Shown here one piece after another: positions 15,754-20,000 of a stretch of 20,000 nucleotides of DNA (position 1 is its first letter; each line of letters opens with the position of its first letter). Origin of the DNA: an uncultured virus (IMG/VR IMGVR_UViG_3300020367_000005) (taxonomy: Duplodnaviria > Heunggongvirae > Uroviricota > Caudoviricetes > Kyanoviridae); the IMG/VR virus record IMGVR_UViG_3300020367_000005. The stretch is one strand, 5' to 3'. The translations under genes and the position numbers were made by a program. The notes beneath the pieces were generated by a model, which saw nothing but the letters and a program-made list of their open reading frames with translations, was not told where the DNA came from and made no database searches.

Positions 15754-16194
15754 TTATAGATTGTATTTTTTATCGTCTGCCTTCGGAGCTGACGCTGTTA
15801 TATTTAGCGGGGCTTGTTCGATACGAATTGTCTGAGCAGGTGCGGTATTCGCAGCCTTCTCTATCAACATCTTCATATCATCTTTAGTTATGTTAGCACT
15901 ACCACCACCATTCATCTTCATGGTACCATCACCCTTCTTAGAAGCGGTCTGAATCCCAAAGCTAGCTAAAACTCCAGTAAAAACCGAGGCTATAAAAGTC
16001 GGATCAATTTTCTGTTGTGGTACTCCTGGGATAGCGACGTAGTTTAACGTCAATATTCCACCACTCCAAACAAGTACACCAAGTCTCACAAAAGTAGATA
16101 TGATGGCTGCTTGTTCGTCTTCATCTGGTAGTATCTTGTCCTTTATGGTACCAAGAACTCCTTTCTTTTTCTCTTCACCTTTTTTCTCAGTCAT
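15754..16194 (-). CDS. Two-transmembrane-helix hypothetical protein
   Basis: Hydrophobic IISTFVRLGVLVWSGGILTL and FIASVFTGVLASFGI segments with charged termini. Confidence 0.75.
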   Translation of the reverse strand: MTEKKGEEKKKGVLGTIKDKILPDEDEQAAIISTFVRLGVLVWSGGILTLNYVAIPGVPQQKIDPTFIASVFTGVLASFGIQTASKKGDGTMKMNGGGSANITKDDMKMLIEKAANTAPAQTIRIEQAPLNITASAPKADDKKYNL

Positions 16195-16611
16195 TTAAAC
16201 CTCCGCAGTAACCTTCTTCTTTCCAATATTATATTTGGATTCCAAAGTCCATTCGTTTTTATCCTTAAATGACAGTACCTTAATTTGATTTAGTGGTGCT
16301 AGGTTCTCGGCATTACCTACTATCTCTAATAACCCCCAATCAGATAGGAGTTTAGCGATACGATTGCGACGTTGCACATCATTCTCTGTAATATTAGTTG
16401 GTTTCCCATCTAATGCAAAGAGTTCTTTGAAGTGCACGATGTAATACTTACCACGCTTATGTAGAATGTGACAAGACTGATAGAGCTTACGCTCTTTACG
16501 AGATGCTACACCTATACGAGTCAATGTCTCTCTCACTTTGAGAAAGTCATCGGGTTCCTTAAGGGTAACTTCTAACATCATATCTTGAGACCACGAGATC
16601 TCTTCACTCAT
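16195..16611 (-). CDS. regA: Translational repressor RegA
   Basis: PDDFLKVRETLTRIGVAS...LYQSCHILHK.G.YYIVHFKELF; follows gp62. Confidence 0.97.
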   Translation of the reverse strand: MSEEISWSQDMMLEVTLKEPDDFLKVRETLTRIGVASRKERKLYQSCHILHKRGKYYIVHFKELFALDGKPTNITENDVQRRNRIAKLLSDWGLLEIVGNAENLAPLNQIKVLSFKDKNEWTLESKYNIGKKKVTAEV

Positions 16612-16994
16612 TGTCTTCCTCCAGTATTCAGTTTTGATTTAATAACTTCAAGTTGCTCCCTAGTCAAGATCTTCATTGCTTGCTGAGCTTTCTCAGTATT
16701 GTAACCATAGTATTGCTTCACTAAGTCGAGGTCACTGTCTTTAGACTTCTTATCCCAAGGAGAAAATCTCTTCGATTTCCTAACACTATGTATAAAATAT
16801 TGATACTGGAGGATGTTAGGTAAATGTGACGAAGAATTCATCTCATTTGCATGCATAACAGTGTCGATGAATCCAGACAAACATTTGTTCACAATAAAAG
16901 CAGGGTACTTCTTCATTGCTCTCTCATCATTAGAGAGATCTCCCTGCTTTAGATTGATACTGTTAAGGTAATCCTTTAGCGGATACTCATGCAT
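16608..16994 (-). CDS. 62: Sliding clamp loader small subunit (T4 gp62)
   Basis: LKDYLNSIN, Y..FIVNKCLS, ANEMN, RK.KRFSPW and VKQYYGY..EKA motifs; immediately upstream of regA. Confidence 0.93.
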   Translation of the reverse strand: MHEYPLKDYLNSINLKQGDLSNDERAMKKYPAFIVNKCLSGFIDTVMHANEMNSSSHLPNILQYQYFIHSVRKSKRFSPWDKKSKDSDLDLVKQYYGYNTEKAQQAMKILTREQLEVIKSKLNTGGRQ

Positions 16995-17826
16995 ACAATG
17001 CCTCTAGTGGTGTCTTGTTTATCTCGTAGTTGCATACTAACAACTCCTTCTTCTGTTTATTATCTGGCCTATGCTTCATACCGTAAGTAATTTGAAACAA
17101 TTCTTGATGATAACCTTCATACTCTGACTTAAGATAGTCATCGTCATTATATGTTACAAACCAATCATGTTTACAATCTCTACAGTGTTGTATAAACTCT
17201 TCATGTTTGAATGACTTATGTAACTCAGCATTACTACCGTATAGATATGTCCCTATCTTATAAGGTGGATCTAAAAACATGAATACATTGTCACCTGGTG
17301 CATGCATTACTTCAGAGTAATCATGGTTAGTGATTCTCCAATTCTTTATCAGTTGAGATATCTCATAGAGATAACTAGCACCACGAGTGGTGAAGTTTTG
17401 TCTAGATGCAGTAGCACTGAAGGAACTATTCTCTGTTAGTCCTGAGTAAGAACACTTGTTAAGTATCCAGAAGAGACATGCTCTCTCAAAGTCATCGGGT
17501 TCCTTCTTAATCTTATCCTTAGCACCCTTAAATAATTCTTTTGCTTTATCTTCTGTGCTATGCTCTCTCTTAATCTCTACTAAAGTATCTGATAACTCCT
17601 GTCCATTCTTTTGTAATTGAATCCAAAAGTTATAAAGATATTCATACTTATCATTAACCCACACTGGGATGTCAGGATACATCTGTGTGAACAATAAAGC
17701 AACTGAGCCACCACCGACAAATGGTTCTCTATACTCTGTCATATCTCTAGGAAATCTAGGGATAAAATCTTTAGCAACCCTAGACTTACCGCCTGGATAT
17801 CTTAGTGGTGTTTTTCTAGTCTTCAT
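16987..17826 (-). CDS. dam: DNA adenine methyltransferase (Dam/D12 class)
   Basis: PLRYPGGKS, EPFVGGGSV, WVND and FLDPPY motifs. Confidence 0.93.
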   Translation of the reverse strand: MKTRKTPLRYPGGKSRVAKDFIPRFPRDMTEYREPFVGGGSVALLFTQMYPDIPVWVNDKYEYLYNFWIQLQKNGQELSDTLVEIKREHSTEDKAKELFKGAKDKIKKEPDDFERACLFWILNKCSYSGLTENSSFSATASRQNFTTRGASYLYEISQLIKNWRITNHDYSEVMHAPGDNVFMFLDPPYKIGTYLYGSNAELHKSFKHEEFIQHCRDCKHDWFVTYNDDDYLKSEYEGYHQELFQITYGMKHRPDNKQKKELLVCNYEINKTPLEALYA

Positions 17827-18464
17827 TTTATACTTACCTCAAGTTGTGGCATCTCCCACGGTCCAGTATTTATTCGGCCAGTAGGGAATGCATTAAATGA
17901 TATTGTCCATCTGTCATAATCCTCCATCTGTCTACCTGAGAAGTGTCTCAACCATGCAGGGAAGAGTATGAGTTTACCTGGTTCAGCATCAATCTTCTCA
18001 TTGATACCAAGTTCAGCTTCCATCTTATCATGATACCACACATCGAGCGTATCGTAAACCCTCGGTGTGCATGGGTCATCAAATATAGTTGGTGCACCAT
18101 CTGTCAGATAATATACTGCACTCAAATATGACATCGGATGTCTATGTAATGGGTGTCCATACCCACTCTTAGCAGGTGCATGGTTAAACCAACAAAGAGA
18201 TATGTCTAACTTGTCACAGTATAACTGATACTGATTACGATACTCATGTAGACAACCATCAAAAAATTCTATTAGTCTTTTGACATGTATATTATCAGAC
18301 TTATGGAGGTCTGGTTTGCTTGTCAACACACCTTCTGGAAAATTAGAAGGTTGTGCAGGGTATGTCTTAAAGTATTCTATTAGATGTTCATGTAAATCAT
18401 CCTCAGGTTTATGGTATTCCCTGACGACGACTGGAAATAGATGTCTTTCATTAACCTTTACCAT
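17823..18464 (-). CDS. Putative 2OG-Fe(II) oxygenase (HxH type)
   Basis: LFP N-terminus, W.N, HRHPMS, SAVYY, LILFPAWL.H and R.TISFN. Confidence 0.8.
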   Translation of the reverse strand: MVKVNERHLFPVVVREYHKPEDDLHEHLIEYFKTYPAQPSNFPEGVLTSKPDLHKSDNIHVKRLIEFFDGCLHEYRNQYQLYCDKLDISLCWFNHAPAKSGYGHPLHRHPMSYLSAVYYLTDGAPTIFDDPCTPRVYDTLDVWYHDKMEAELGINEKIDAEPGKLILFPAWLRHFSGRQMEDYDRWTISFNAFPTGRINTGPWEMPQLEVSIK

Positions 18465-19113
18465 ATGTCCCTAAATCTAATGGACCTAATGGGTTATCAA
18501 TTTGTACCATAGGACGGTCCCAACCACCCTTATTGATATCACCCATAGGAAATGTATTGAATGCAATAGTATACCTATCATCCAACGAGTTGTTAGGCAT
18601 AGATGCATGTATCAACCAACTAGGGAAGATAATTAATCCACCTCTCTTTGGTGTGACATACTGTCTATGAAACTCATCACGTGTACCATCTACTGAGAAT
18701 GCATCCCACTCTCTTTTATCAATGGGATCCAAAAATATAGTAGGAGCATAAGGTGTATTAGTAAGGTAGAATATACCACTCATCAATGACATAGGATGTC
18801 GATGAGCATCGTGACAATCTGAACTCTCTTTATCGGATCTATTAACCCATGCCTTACAAACTGCTACACGGTCAGTATACCACCCTTCATCTGCATGTAG
18901 GGTGTCCATACACTCTTGAAACCAATTAATGATACCTTTAAAGTCATCATTAATATGAATGTCATCGCTAGTACCTACCCCACCAGGAGGATTATATTCT
19001 TTATACTGTAACTTCTTACACTTCTCTAAGGTATCTTCCAGTAGATCCTCAGGTGCTATAAAAGTAAATGTCCTTACAGGGAACAAAGGTAACTCGTCAT
19101 ATTTCTGTCTCAT
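18451..19113 (-). CDS. Putative 2OG-Fe(II) oxygenase (HxH type)
   Basis: LFP, W.N, HRHPMS, SGIFY, IIFPSWL.H and R.TIAFN. Confidence 0.8.
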   Translation of the reverse strand: MRQKYDELPLFPVRTFTFIAPEDLLEDTLEKCKKLQYKEYNPPGGVGTSDDIHINDDFKGIINWFQECMDTLHADEGWYTDRVAVCKAWVNRSDKESSDCHDAHRHPMSLMSGIFYLTNTPYAPTIFLDPIDKREWDAFSVDGTRDEFHRQYVTPKRGGLIIFPSWLIHASMPNNSLDDRYTIAFNTFPMGDINKGGWDRPMVQIDNPLGPLDLGTYGKG

Positions 19114-19718
19114 AATACCTCAATATTCAATACAGAATCCCACTTGCTATTAATCTTACCATATGGCATAGCATTAAAGGCTATACTATATCTATCCTCT
19201 TGTGCTATAGCAGTACTATGTACCAACCAACTAGGAAATACTATCATTTTACCTGCTTCGGCCTCTGACTTTTCAAACCTCGGTCCATTCTGGTCAAATC
19301 CATCTACGGATGACTTAGGGAGTGTGAATAAATCAAACTGTGCTTGATACCTCTGTGCTAATGGGTCATAAAAGACTGTGGGTGCACCCCCACTGAGGTA
19401 TAATACCCCGCTATAGTATGAATTGGCATGCCTGTGTGCGTGTTGGTCTGTGCCAGGTCGGTAGTAGTTACCCCACATAGAAGTAATCTTGAAACCACTA
19501 CAATCATAGTTATAGTGTAACCTAATTTTTCCCAAACATTCATTAATAAAATCTACAATAGGTTTAAACTTTTCATTTTTATGTAATTCTGGTCCTGTAT
19601 TAAGAGTACCTGTGCCTGTCTCCTTCAAGTCTAGTTCATGTATCTTTTCAATCCATTGCCACTTATGGTTGGATTCAAATTCGTAGCATTCTACAGGATA
19701 CAACTCTACTTTTTTCAT
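19110..19718 (-). CDS. Putative 2OG-Fe(II) oxygenase (HxH type)
   Basis: LYP, W.N, HRHANS, SGVLY, IVFPSWL.H and R.SIAFN. Start is probably ATG 19718 (TAATG coupling). Confidence 0.8.
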   Translation of the reverse strand: MKKVELYPVECYEFESNHKWQWIEKIHELDLKETGTGTLNTGPELHKNEKFKPIVDFINECLGKIRLHYNYDCSGFKITSMWGNYYRPGTDQHAHRHANSYYSGVLYLSGGAPTVFYDPLAQRYQAQFDLFTLPKSSVDGFDQNGPRFEKSEAEAGKMIVFPSWLVHSTAIAQEDRYSIAFNAMPYGKINSKWDSVLNIEVL

Positions 19719-19867
19719 TACCAAGTTTTAGCGTGAGTGTTGACATCACCTTCAACATGATTATGATCTATCTCATCTATGTGAGCATGCTCAATATTGA
19801 AATGCTCTAATGCTTGTGCGATTCTTTCGAGTGCGTTAGCAATTCTGTTTGTGTCAATAGGATTCAT
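19718..19867 (-). CDS. 49-aa His-rich small protein
   Basis: Below the ORF-track cutoff: MNPIDTNRIANALERIAQALEHFNIEHAHIDEIDHNHVEGDVNTHAKTW. AAGGAG ribosome-binding site upstream; stop overlaps the next ATG. Confidence 0.75.
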   Translation of the reverse strand: MNPIDTNRIANALERIAQALEHFNIEHAHIDEIDHNHVEGDVNTHAKTW

Positions 19868-19869
19868 AA

Positions 19870-19998
19870 TTAAACTCCTTCATTTAATTTCTTCACCAAC
19901 TCATCACAACAATAAAATATATTCTTGTAGTTTTGGTCTTTACCTCTGTATACTTTAAAGTATTTCATGAGGATAGGTAGAATGTCTGCTTCTTTCAT
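19870..19998 (-). CDS. 42-aa small hypothetical protein
   Basis: MKEADILPILMKYFKVYRGKDQNYKNILYCCDELVKKLNEGV; preceded by TAATG at the window edge. Confidence 0.55.
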   Translation of the reverse strand: MKEADILPILMKYFKVYRGKDQNYKNIFYCCDELVKKLNEGV

Positions 19999-20000
19999 TA

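Overview
A ~20 kb segment of a T4-like marine cyanophage (cyanomyovirus, Kyanoviridae-like, AT-rich) covering the DNA replication module, almost all on the minus strand. In transcription order: two tiny ORFs, three tandem 2OG-Fe(II) oxygenase-like genes, a Dam-type adenine methyltransferase, gp62, regA, small membrane-protein genes, two more oxygenase-like genes, a plus-strand island of three secreted-protein genes, hsp20, several hypotheticals, gp43, uvsX, a sixth oxygenase, gp41 and mazG. These are followed by a ~175-nt structured RNA (manA-motif-like), a putative nuclease-fold gene, a gene with ligase-like motifs and the start of a cytidylyltransferase-family gene. The most interesting observations are the ncRNA/nuclease-like/ligase-like/nucleotidyltransferase cluster at 1-2970, a ROSE-like thermometer in the hsp20 leader, and a late-promoter-driven envelope protein cassette whose third gene has no canonical start codon near its signal peptide. 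All calls come from motif recognition and gene order; no searches were run.
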